Shown here: piece after piece, positions 11,728-23,240 of the stretch
Position numbering within the stretch: position 1 is the first letter of the stretch
Layout: each line of letters starts with the position of its first letter
DNA from: Oculina patagonica
Lineage: Eukaryota
Reading direction: 5' to 3'
Assembly (NCBI RefSeq): GCF_052425735.1
Contig: NC_135764.1
Location: 27,590,001 to 27,654,000, forward strand
Length of the DNA: 64,000 bases
Notes under the pieces: generated by a model
What the model saw: only the letters and a program-made list of their open reading frames with translations
Database searches by the model: none
Told to the model about the DNA's origin: nothing
Program-made: the position numbers and the translations under genes

Positions 11728-12300
11728 CCGTATATTCTCGAATAAACGCCGGACCCCGATTTAACGCCGGCTTCAAATAAACGCCGGGTCCCCGATGCCA
11801 AGTTTTAAATAAACGCCCCCGGCTTTTTTTTGGGGTCCCGGCGTTTAATCGAGGTCCCGGCGTTTATTTGCGTCGATCCAATAAGTGAAGATATTCACTT
11901 GTAAAGCACTGCTATGACACGTACTATATGGTATACGGTTTTTGTTATTTTAATAAATGCTTTGGCGTAACATTAACTGCGGTTTATGACGTACAACAAC
12001 ACAAAATATAGCAATGAAAATATAGAAAATATAGCAATGTTAGTCAATGTTCTGGCATGTTCTTGTTGTTATGATTGACGCACTCTCTTTCTTTTGTTGT
12101 AGTGCTCGCTGTCGCTAAAATCGCTAGGATCCCTCCAGCGTTTGTTAATCAGTTGTTTTAGCCTTAACTTAAAAATGACTGAAAATTTTACTTCATAAAT
12201 AAACGCCGGACCCCGATTAAACGCCGGCCTTAAATAAACGCCGGGTCTCTGAGGCCAAGTTTTAAATAAACGCCCCCGGCGTTTATTCGAGAAAATACGG
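11728..12300. mobile_element. Tc1/mariner-pogo-type MITE
   Basis: TA|CCGTATATTCTCGAATAAACGCCGG ... CCGGCGTTTATTCGAGAAAATACGG|TA; internal TAAACGCCGG repeats. Relatives at ~6437-6705 and ~58115-58263. Confidence 0.85.
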
Positions 12301-12799
12301 TATTTCAGACATATTTCAGCACGTTTCCAGTTACAATTCAAAAGTCGGTTCAAACACACAAAGCCAAGGAAAAACCTATGGACACATTTTTTTTGTAGGA
12401 AGGGTATTGAAGGTCACGCATTCTGATTAACTTAGAACAGGTCATCTTTCATCAGCCACTTGAAACTGCCTGGATGGGGGAAGGGGTACGTCATTCATTC
12501 TGTTTAGCTCATCAGACACTTGAAATTACTCAGATGCGGGGGGGGGGGGGGGGGCAGGGATGATGGGGAAGAGGGATTTTATAATTACATACGTAATACG
12601 CATTTTGTATGTGTTTAACTAAACAAGGAATCCTCGCTTAGACCACAAAACAAAATAGAACCGGGCATTTAGAAATGCCTTGTACAAGATATCAACGAAA
12701 GAGACAAGTTATATTTTACGAGTTTTTAGTAATAGAATGAAAACAGACATCTCTGCCTGACGTCTTTTGGATGACATGACCTCATTGACGTGCGTGTAT

Positions 12800-14001
12800 G
12801 AGGGTGCTAATGGGGTTAACAGTTAACTGACATTTGGCCAAAAAAATAGTAGTTAACTGATATTTTGCCAAAACATTAGTAGTTAACTGACAAATGAAAC
12901 GTTAACAGCTAAGTGACATTCTATTAATTATACTGAATACGATTGTTGTTGCTAATAAAAGCAACAGGTTTTTTCCTAACAGCAAAGCTATTTCGTGGCA
13001 TTTACCTGCCCGCTGCGTGACCAGGTGACATATTAACTGATATTAAAATAATGCGAGAGGTACCAGGGTCCATGTACCAGGCACATGTTGATCTCCGTGA
13101 TGGCGTCAAGTGGGGCGTGGTCGAGGTTATTCTAAGTTGATCGAGATGATGACGAAGGATCAACATTCAAACGAAAAAATAGGTCGCGTACGGCTTGACA
13201 TGGGAAAGCACAATTCAATGGACATAGCTTGTAAATATTTGATCGACTTCATGGAAATCAGTCAAACGGCAAGCAGAAAAGTTTGGACTCGGTGCATTTG
13301 ACTTAAAGTTGTTACCTACAAACACACGGAACTGCCGCGGGCACTTGAATGCTTGAAATACGCACTCATTACAAGCCCACTGAAACGTTTCAGTACACTT
13401 ATCACTCCTCGTGTCCCCCACCAGAAGTTAGGAAAGGTTTTATCAATGGGGACGCCTGAGACAGTTTAAAACGAATTCCTCTCAAACAAAGTTTGATGAG
13501 AAAATTCGACCAAGAGAAAAGCCCTGGGAACGAGATTGGAAAAAATCAAGCACTTCCAATCACATTTTATCCAGAGAGGTTACCCAGAAAGCCTATTCTT
13601 AAAACTCTCGCGGAGGTTAATTTTGAAAACAAGAAGTAGGCCCTGCAACCAAAACTTAAATCTTTCCTTTTGTAACGCAGTACCAAACAACAACCATTGC
13701 ACAGGAAAATATTCAAAGAACCTTCCCATAATATTGTACAAAAGGGGGTAGGTCTTTCAAATATATACTCGTGAGATCGAAACTATGAAAATGGCTAATA
13801 CACGTGCGTGAGAGTCGTGCATGCCTGTCTTTTTATTTTTTATCACTGACGTGCTGAAGCAAAAAAAAATTGAGGTTATGACGCAACAATTTTCGCTGTA
13901 AGAAAAGGAAAGTTAATAGAAAACTTAAATTAGTAATTAACTGACAATTGGCCAAAAAAATTGCAGTTAACTGACAATTGGGTACCCCCATTAGCACCCT
14001 C
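12800..14001. mobile_element. Non-autonomous TIR element with GAGG termini and 6-bp TSD, carrying a Penelope-like fragment
   Basis: TIR GAGGGTGCTAATGGGG / CCCCATTAGCACCCTC; TSD GTGTAT; subterminal AGTTAACTGA repeats. Confidence 0.85.
13360..13790 (+). pseudogene. Penelope-like retroelement RT C-terminal/linker remnant
   Basis: RTHYKPTETFQYTYHSSCPPPEVRKGFING, KHFQSHFIQRGYPE and IFKEP..KRG.S...ILVR.KL motifs, with frameshifts. Confidence 0.7.
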
Positions 14002-14370
14002 GTGTATCGTATAGCGGATGTCACGCTTCAATATAACACAACTTTCGTTGAACAAAACAAAAGGAAATAATTGGGGGAAATAATTGATCTCAAGTTAAAC
14101 AGCTACCTGGCTCATCAATAAGTCAACACACATACCCATCGCAGACCTATTTTTAAGTGTCCTAATGTGGGTTAATGTTCAGTGATTCGATCGAGGCTTT
14201 GCATAAAATGACATAAAGTCACTACAATTTTCTGACCAATCTTGTTTAAACCATCTGTAAGTGTCTAACATAAATTAAACTAACCCTAATAAAGGAGCAC
14301 TGCACTTTTTAAAACTAGTTTCGTAATAGTCCAGGAAACGTTTACAACAGGAGACTGAAGTAAAACTAAA

Positions 14371-15716
14371 CTAAACAAAAAACTTACTGAAAATTAAAGC
14401 AGGAAACTGGCCTTTTGTTACAGAAGTACCATTGGGGCTATTTTTCGAAGAAATAAAAGTGAATTGTACTCCTTCACACTCAACAGAAGTTTTTCCTTCT
14501 GCTCCGTAGCATGACACAGGACCGTCAATAAGCGCCTCAAGCTCGTACTTCCTACCTTCAACTAAACAAACTGGGTGATCAAAAAATACATCAAAGCTAT
14601 AATAGGTTTCAGTCTCGTGTTTTGCAGAGGTGTAAGATCCTGATTGTTTTATCAAAGAAGAGCCGTCTGTGGTGTTTTTGACTTCTGCGTGAACTGTGTA
14701 TTCGCCACTTTGAGAACCAAAATGCTGGACTCCATGTAACTTGATAGGCTCGTTGACAGAGAAACAAACACCGTCTTCTGCAGATATAGAGTAACTCCAG
14801 CCACTACAATCTGGCAGATCCGGCGAATTAAATACCTCAAATCTGTGACATCGATGAGCTGAAGCCTGATCAATCCTTGCGCCTTGGATGAATGGAAGAG
14901 GAGATGTTAATATGCCATTGTAGTGTTTCATTATATCACCAACCTCTTGCATGGTGAGAATGTAAGAATCAAATACAACAGAAAGAAACTCCGTCTGTGA
15001 CATCAATGGAAACCTTATCGCTTTCACGATCTCTTCTCCCAGAATTCGCCTCTTCACATCGCCAGCAGCAGTCATCCCTTGTCTTTCACTTTCTCTTGTG
15101 GCCCAGCGATCAACAGCTTTGAACAGCTCCACTTCTTTTACGTTTAACGCTTCCCTCTTCACAACAGACTCCACAAGAGATCGCTCAAGTGTGACAAATT
15201 CATCTGACGTCACAGCTTCTTCCGTCTGCTTCTCAATCACTTCCCAGCATCGATCTTTCAAATCTTTATCTTCAAATTTTTGAGCGTGCGGCAGAATGCA
15301 AAACACGTTAGATGCGTCTAGGTTGTCTCGCAGATATTCTGTGCATTTTACAGCGAGTGAAGGTATCATGTATTTGTTCGCCAAGTACAGCACTTGCATC
15401 ACATTACTTCCGCTTAAATTCGCTTTGTCGCAGTACATATAACGGAACAATTCCAACAGACTCTCGTAATCACAGTCAGGCAGTTCAATAGAGTTTGTAG
15501 TCTCCGCCATTTGGCCATAGAGCATGGCAAAGAACACAGGACTGCTGATGGCAAGCACAAACTTGTGAGCTGGGATCACCTTCTTACTTCACTTTCGCCA
15601 GTCGACGCCGGAACAACAAATTTCACATCGCTCAGTAACTCGTTGTTGAAAATAAACGTGGTTCTCTCTGCGATGGTTGGTCGTTTGGTCTGCCAGTTGT
15701 CTTCAGCAAAAGCCAT
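14371..15716 (-). pseudogene. BTB-BACK-PHR copy C with a single -1 frameshift near codon 43 (pseudogene or homopolymer error)
   Basis: Conserved ATG at 15716. At ~15588 the plus strand reads TTACTTCACT where paralogs read TTACTTTCACT. The rest (14371..15579) is an open 402-codon frame. Confidence 0.82.
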
Positions 15717-18599
15717 CGCTACTCTTCAGACTCTATGCCAGCTCCCTCCACAAGATTTATTCGATAAAGCAACGAGAAGCAATGTTTCAATCTGCGAAGC
15801 AGTCGAAAACGAAAGAGGAAACGGCTACCGCTGACTTGAACGCAGATTCCTAAAGTGTCACACAACAGCGTGACCTGTTTTTGTTTCCCACAAAAAGCGG
15901 GCTAAAAGCACGATTGTTGAAAAAGAACATCTTTGTTCACAGCTTATCACGAAGGAAAAAAGTGTTCTTATACCAACATACCATTTTACTAGTTGTTGTT
16001 TGGCTTAGTGTCAAAACGAGTCTTCGCGCGAGACCTTTTTTTTTTTTTCACATGTCACGGTTACGATCACCTGACCGAGTGATGACTTGTGATAAGTATC
16101 TGAAGAAATATAACTTTAAAGGAGCAGTACCAACATTTAGAGCTACTTGAAAACTCAATGAAGGTGTTAGTATTAATTGGAAATCCACTTATAATGGCCT
16201 GGCATGGCCTTGCTAAAACGAACTGTACTAGTCATGAAAATTGTTAACAGTTGTTGTGGTCCCGGACTATTAGGAAAGAAGTGGACTAAAACTTGAAAAA
16301 GTCAAGTCGACGTTTTCAAGTTTGACAGTGTTAATTGAAAGAAAATTCTATAAAACCATCAATTACGGTTCATTTACATCTTGGAGAATACATTTATTGT
16401 TCAAAGTGATTCTGTTAAGCAGCTAGTGAGTGTACTCCAATAATTCTAGCACATTTTTCGCAAAAACTTAGAATACTTCTTGTGACTTATTTCTTGTCAC
16501 GTACATGTATGTTATTTTGAACATTATCACATCCTCACATAAGAGCAGGCAAATATATGCTGTTGACTCGTTGTCTGCACGGAAGCAAGAAAGAAACACG
16601 CAGACAGAAATGGTATCCATTGTACACGAAAGAAAAAGCTTACTGTGGTAGAGAAAAAGCCGTATCGGGAACCGTGTGTTACAAACGCGTGTTTTGTTTT
16701 TGTTTTGATTTTGACTTTTGGTTTTGTTATTGTGTTTTTTTTTTGTTTTTGCTTTTTTGTTTTGTTTGTTTGTTTGTTTTGTTTTTATTTATTTTAGTTT
16801 TTTGCAGAGACTGCATTTTTTTTTATCCGAATTCAAATTTGATTAAGTGATAGAAGAAAGAACACCTCTGGAACCAGGATAGATCCTCTGAGTCCTTGAA
16901 TTTGAGGCTTCTTATTTCCCTGAATCTTTTTAAGTCTTAAATTGCTCCTAACATAACTAAACAGTCGGAATGTGTCTTATCCTGAAAATAACCCGGCCCG
17001 TCATTGAAGGCTTTTCCCAAAATTTATCAACCTAGATCCAAGGCACTCTTTTCCGCCTTCCTCTCGTCCCTTCCTTGAGTGAGACGGTGTTGCGAAAAAA
17101 TCATTTTGGCTTTGTTGTGAGCAGTTAGTGTACTGCTTTAGGCAATTGTGCACTGTAAAGGTTGAAATTATGATACCTGAAGCCTGAAAAAGGTACCCCT
17201 TTCGGGCGGAGCCTCCCCGTATAGGCCATTATAGGGAGTACCCCCCCCCCCCCCAGGGGTTAGTTACCTAGGAAACATGACAAGGAACAATGTTTCTGCT
17301 ACAATTTTTTTTTCTAGTTTAGCCAGGCGTTAAGTTTAAAATGTAAACTTGACAGTCGTAAACAAATTTCTTTGATGATACCAACTTTCTTTGATGGGAC
17401 CGGAATACCAAGTAGTCATTTTTGAACGATAGTTACAAGTAAAGCCCGGGCCAAACGTCGAACTTTACATAAAACGAAACAAACTGAGCGAATAAAGTTC
17501 ATGATAAGTTTGACGTTTGGCTCGGTTGAGTTCGTCCGACTGAATTAAGATCGACCAACACGTTCTACGCGTCTGCTTCAGACGGATAGAACGTGTGAAG
17601 ATCGACTGTGGGACAAACGTTAATCTTTTCATCAAACGAGCTTAATAAATAAATTTAAAATTTGTTTGTTAATGTGTTTTTAGCCTCGAAATATTTGTTC
17701 TGCTGTGAATTTATGGGTTCGGGGAATTATGTTCAACGGTCGAGTTTTTCCTGTTTGGGTCGACCTGGGCCTAAACGTCTTGCGAAAAAAAGCGGCCCGA
17801 TTTTACAGAAGTCACGAACGAGAGCCGATCGCGTTATCCAAAATCGTTTGTGATCGATTTTGTAAGTTGGGAGCCATGCAAGATCAACACTCTTCTTCAG
17901 CCATTAGAATGATTGGGAATTCAGTTGTTTTAGTTTTTCGTTTCTTCTGTCAACAGCTGGGAAAATTGCCTGTTTGACAAATTCAACAGTCAGTTCAGGA
18001 CAGTGTCGAAAGATGGTCGCTACGTACATAACATTCAAAGTAGCTGTTATATTATTTAATCATTGAAAGCTTGTTAATAACTTAAGTACAGTTCAATGCC
18101 GTCAGTGAGAACGCATCGCTGCACGACTGGTCGATAAAAAAAGAAGTCTCGGGTGATAAATGCATTGCCCAACAGGCGGTAGGAATTACACTAACTTTGC
18201 ATACACTACTAGTTAACATGGCATCAATTATAAGTCTTCCAGCAAATATATGCTGTTGATACGTTAATTTTATTGATGTAAAAACGTTAACTATGAGCAT
18301 TTTGTAGAACATTTCTTATTACGCGTAAATTTTGTTCGTGTTGAAAAATGCTTCCTTATATTACTAAAATAAGGTGAACAAACAGGAGTTCGGTAATCGC
18401 TTTTTCAATTATCTCTGAATAAATCGGTTTCGCTTATGTTATATACACCCGCATAAAAATGGTCAACTCTCGACCGGTGTAACAGCCGTTAACTTATACC
18501 CTGTGTGATTCTCACTTCAAACCGAATAAGGAAAGAGCGCTAAAAAATCTGCTTGGAAATTGTTAATATTATCCGAAAAAAAAACTTCATCGAAACACC

Positions 18600-19030
18600 T
18601 TAAATTGACTCGGTTTGGCTTGATTTTAGGGTGCTCAAAGCAGCTAAGGAGATTCCTAATGCCTTGACGATAATTTCCACTGAAAATAAAACAGATGCAA
18701 GGGTTAAAAGCACAATTTGCACGAGCTAAAAACAGGGTGATAAAGAAATACAGCATTGCGTCACAAGATGATCTAGTGGGGTGGTCCCAAGCAAAATAAT
18801 AAAGTAAAAAATAATACTGAAAGGGAGCCAGCATACTGCAAAGCCTAACACGATAGCAATGGCCATTTTAACACATTTCGTTCCCTTTTCAAGCGTTGTT
18901 GTTCGGCGTTAATGTTGGCTGCTATACCTAGTTCACAGGAATATTATGTGACCAGTTCAGCTTTAAAAGGATTAAGGAATAAAGTACTGCGATCAAAACT
19001 AAAGAAAAGTAAAGAAAAATAACAAAATCT
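18600..19030 (-). pseudogene. Rhodopsin-class GPCR fragment (TM5-TM7), frameshifted
   Basis: Across frames it reads FVIFLYFSLVLIAVLYSLILLKL (TM5), QQRLKRERNVLK-MAIAIVLGFAVCWLPF (TM6, CWxP), and LARANCAFNPCICFIFSGNYRQG (TM7 NPxx + helix 8), with stops and frameshifts in between. Confidence 0.8.
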
Positions 19031-19167
19031 ATTCTCGCGAACTGATGGCTACATCCAATAAATTAACAGATACGTTTTGCTCTGGGACCAATCACTGCCA
19101 GGGAGGGGGAGTCGGTCAGTTTTGCTATACAAGAAGGGATCCCCTTTCGGCCTCACTTTTTTGTCTA

Positions 19168-19448
19168 GAGCGGTTTTCACTTGAGTGTCGAAAGTTATTT
19201 GCGTTTGCTTTGGTTTTGCATTACTACGCTCAGTGATTGGTTTAGAAATCTCGCGCCACTTTCTCGACCAATCAGAACTTAAACCAAAACCAATCGTGAC
19301 TCGCTCCCGCACGTTTTCCCGCGCTTCGCGTCAGCTACATGTATTTGCTTCGAATTTTGATTGGTTCACTTGATTGTCTCTGTGCTTTGTGATTGGCCAG
19401 AGTAATTGCTTTGGTTTTGGTTTTACGACACTCAATTGAAAGCTGCTC
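19168..19448. mobile_element. MITE (GAGCGGTTTTCA termini) inserted into the conserved non-coding module
   Basis: TA|GAGCGGTTTTCACTTGAGTGTCG ... CGACACTCAATTGAAAGCTGCTC|TA; empty site at ~29050. Confidence 0.82.
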
Positions 19449-20274
19449 TAGTAAGTGGGAGTCCTTACCCCTGATCTACACCAGGAGGTTCCCAAATGCG
19501 AAGCTTATAAACCAACACGGGTAAGCCAAGGTAAAACGGCGCGATTTTATAACATCTTTTCACCCTACCGTTTAAAGACGACTGAATAACGCCGCTATAA
19601 TTGCTTGAAATGGACTCCAGCATTCAGTCACATTCAATACAGGCGTAAGAATTCGTCAGTACTTATTTATACACCTTGGTAGAGAGAGGCACTGTGAGAG
19701 CATTTTGTCAACTGGTGCTCATTTATACTTCTGAGTGAAGAGAGGTGCCAAATTAAAGAACACGACACAGTGTCACAGGCGTCTAAACTTTATTTAACAG
19801 TTCATTGATCGCTACATTTTTACAAATGTATCATAATTAATAAGGAAAAAATAGAAAATGACTAAAATATTTTAAAATTTTCACTAAATCTCTGTGTACA
19901 CTTTATGGGTCGATTTTTAAAATTAAAAGATTCCGGCCGTGCATGCCACACTACTGTATACGTGAACTGTGGCTCGTCGACGTTTTATTTCGTCTATTAT
20001 ACAATTTAGTATCTGTTTGGTAAGAGAGTCAACAATATAACAATTTTTTTTAAAAAAGCTGCTCAGTAACTCTTCTAAACGACTATATATGACGTCTTCT
20101 AACGATGGCTAATAAGCTTTACACAAAAATGTTCTGCCTTCGCGCGTCGCTTTTTTTTACCGCGGAAAGTGATGTTTTGGTCCGCTAGTTATTTAACTTG
20201 TGTGGTATATACTAAAACAATTATTCACCTCAGTGTCGGTGAATGTGGTGGATAATATCCACCACTTCTCCTTC

Positions 20275-20322
<48 letters not shown>

Positions 20323-20626
20323 TATTACACCTGAAACCTTGCTTCAGTAGTTTTCTTAACATTCCATGATTGGTCTAGTTCGGCTAGTTACAGCTATCAA
20401 ACTTACAGATAAGTCTACACAGTCATGTGCTCGTCACAGAACCTATTTTACAGTTGCCTTTATAAAATAACATAACGTCGCTGTAATTTTTTTGGTCAGT
20501 TTTGCTAAAATCGACTTAAAGTGCCTAACTCGCTACAGCTGGACCTATTAAGTTAAGAAGTCTTGACTACAGGTTTTAGTCCAGGAAACTTTTACAAACG
20601 GAAACTGAGGTAAAACTTAACTAAAT

Positions 20627-21958
20627 CTAAACTTTACTGAAAACAAAAACAGGAAACTGGCCTTTTGTTACATCGTTTCTTATAGGGGTATTAGTCGAAG
20701 AAGTGAAGGTGAATTGTACTCCTTCACACTCAACAGATGTTTGTCCTTTTGCTCCCCACCATGATACAGGACCCCTGATAAGCGCCATTAACTCATACTT
20801 CCTATCTTCCACTAAACAAACTGGATGATCAAACAAGACATCAAAGCTATAGTAGGTGTCAGTCTCGTGTTTTACAGAGGTGTATGATCCTGATTGTTTT
20901 ATCACAGAAGAGCCATCTGTGGTGTCTTTGACTTCTACTGAAACCGTGTACGTGCCACCTTCAGAACCAAAATGCTGGACTCCATGTAACTTGATGGGCT
21001 TGTTGGCACTGAAACAAATACCGTTTACTGGGCAGAAGTCGTAGCACCATCTCAAATCTACACCTGCTGAATTAAATTTCCTAAATCTTTGACATCGATG
21101 AAAAATGCAGTCAAACCTTGATGCTTGGATGAATGGCAAAGGAGATGTCAGTACACCACTAAAGTGTTTCATCATGTCACCAACCTCTTGAATGGTGAGA
21201 ATGTGAGTATCAAAAACAACAGAAACAAACTCCGCCTGTGACATCAGTGGAAACCTTATCGCTTTCACGATCTCCTCTCCCAGAATTCGTCTCTTTACAT
21301 TGCCTTCAGGAGTCATGCCTTGTCTTTCAATTTCTTTTGTGGCCCAGCGATCAACAGCTTTGAAAAGTTCCACTTCCTTTACGAACAACGATTCTCTCTT
21401 CACAACAGCCTCCACAAGGGATCGCTCAAGTGTGACAAATTCATCTGACGTCACAGCTTCTTCCGTCTGCTTCTCAATCACTTTCCAGCATCGATCTTCT
21501 AAATCTTTATCTTCAAATTTCTGAGCGTGTAGCAGAATGCAAAACACGTTGGATGGCTGTAAGTTGTCTCGCAGATATTCGGTGCATTTCGCAGCGAGCG
21601 AAGGTACCATGTATTTGTTTGCCAAGTACAGCACTTGCATCACATTACTTCCGCTTAAATTCGCTTTGTCGCTGTACATAAAACGAAACAATTCCAACAG
21701 ACTCTCGTAATCACAGTCAGGCAGTTCAATAGAGTCTGTAGTCTCCGCCATTTGACCATAGAACATGGCAAAGAACACAGGACTGCTGATGGCAAGCACA
21801 AACTTGTGAGCTGGGATCACCTTCTTACTTTCACTTTCGCCAGTCGACGCCGGAACAACAAATTTCACATCGCTCAGTAACTCGTTGTTGAAAATAAACG
21901 TGGTTCTCTCTGCGATGGTTGGTCGTTTCGTCTGCCAGTTGTCTTCAGCAAAAGCCAT
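20627..21958 (-). CDS. BTB-BACK-PHR protein copy D, 443 aa, intronless CDS
   Basis: Full ORF with the same motifs; closest to copy B. Confidence 0.94.
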   Translation of the reverse strand: MAFAEDNWQTKRPTIAERTTFIFNNELLSDVKFVVPASTGESESKKVIPAHKFVLAISSPVFFAMFYGQMAETTDSIELPDCDYESLLELFRFMYSDKANLSGSNVMQVLYLANKYMVPSLAAKCTEYLRDNLQPSNVFCILLHAQKFEDKDLEDRCWKVIEKQTEEAVTSDEFVTLERSLVEAVVKRESLFVKEVELFKAVDRWATKEIERQGMTPEGNVKRRILGEEIVKAIRFPLMSQAEFVSVVFDTHILTIQEVGDMMKHFSGVLTSPLPFIQASRFDCIFHRCQRFRKFNSAGVDLRWCYDFCPVNGICFSANKPIKLHGVQHFGSEGGTYTVSVEVKDTTDGSSVIKQSGSYTSVKHETDTYYSFDVLFDHPVCLVEDRKYELMALIRGPVSWWGAKGQTSVECEGVQFTFTSSTNTPIRNDVTKGQFPVFVFSKV

Positions 21959-22331
21959 CGCTACTCTTCAATCTCTTTGCCGGCTTTCTCCACAAGATTT
22001 ATTCGATACAGCAACGTAAAGCAATGTTTCAATCTGCGAAGCAGTCGAAAACGAAAGAGGAAACGGCTACCGCTGACTTGATCGACCGCAGGTAGCTAAA
22101 GTGTCACACAACAGCGTGACCTGTTTTTCTTTCCCACTAAATGCGAAAGAGAAAATCTATGTTTATAACTCATCACGAAGGGGAAAAAGTGCTCTATACC
22201 AACATACCATTTTACGAGTTGTTGTTTCGCTTAGTGTCAAAACGAGCCTATGTAAAAAAAAATTGATGATCTCGCGGGAACAGTCATTAAGGGCAGTCAT
22301 TTTCATCCTACTTTTAAAGTATACACCGTGA

Positions 22332-22511
22332 CAGTGGGACCTCGATTTAACGAACCTCTATATAGCGAAGTATGCGATATAACGAACGATATTTTTCGCC
22401 CCAGTAATTAATAGTAAAATATATAGAAAAGAACCTCGATATAACGAAACCTTGTTATAGCGAACATATTTTGTTAGTCCGTTGGCCCTTCTTTATATCG
22501 AGGTTCCACTG
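22332..22511. mobile_element. CAGTGG-terminal mariner/Tigger-like MITE (relatives at ~5608-5784 and ~29841-30019)
   Basis: CAGTGGGACCTCGATTTAA / TTATATCGAGGTTCCACTG-TA. Confidence 0.7.
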
Positions 22512-22672
22512 TACAATCTTTATTAACGTGGTCAGCACGCTAATAACGAGCGATGACTTGTGATACAGCTTCTGAAGTCATCTCACTTTAACATTTTCTT
22601 TGTCACGTACATCTATGTTATTTCGAACATTATCACATCCTCACATTAGAGCAGGCAAATATATGCTGTTGA

Positions 22673-23240
22673 TACGTTAATTTTATTGACGTAAAAACGT
22701 TTACTATGATCATTTTGTAGAACATTTCTTAAATTCGCGTTAATGTTATTACGCGTAAATTTTGTTCGTGTTGTAAAAATGCTTCCTTATATTACTAAAA
22801 TAAGGTGAACAAACAGGAGTTCGGTAATCGAACTTTCGTTTTAGAGATTCTCTTTAGAGCCGATTCCCCGTTTTATTAGAGATTCCGCATTTCTCACCAA
22901 AGACTGTTATAATAGAAGTTGATGTGAAAAATACGCCGGATTTGTTACGATAATTTAATGATAATTGAGTGATGTGGATTAATATAAATTTAGGAAAACA
23001 GAAATTTATTATTTAAGTTGTTAGAGTTACTGTTGAGACGATTTAACTGAGAATTTATTAAGAGAGAAATCCACCTTTTACAAATCCATGTTTTACAAAT
23101 CCACCTTTTACAAATCCATGTTTTACAAATCCACCTCTTACAAATCCATGTTTTACAAATCCACCTTTTACAAATCCATGTTTTACAAATCCAGTCCATG
23201 TTTTACAAATCCACTCCACTCCATAGTTTGCAACATGCCG
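22673..23240. mobile_element. Insertion without TIR or TSD, ending in a 15/30-bp tandem array (Helitron/Helentron-like, tentative)
   Basis: Absent at the paralogous sites (~10085, ~16567: GCTGTTGA|CTCGTTGTCTGCACGG). Array AAATCCACCTTTTAC/AAATCCATGTTTTAC at ~23067-23222. Confidence 0.6.

Noticed and set aside
20277-20321. Poly(A) on the minus strand ~300 bp after copy D, suggesting a retrocopy
   Set aside because: Copy D shares kilobases of upstream flank with B and C (DNA-level duplication); no spaced AATAAA or TSD.
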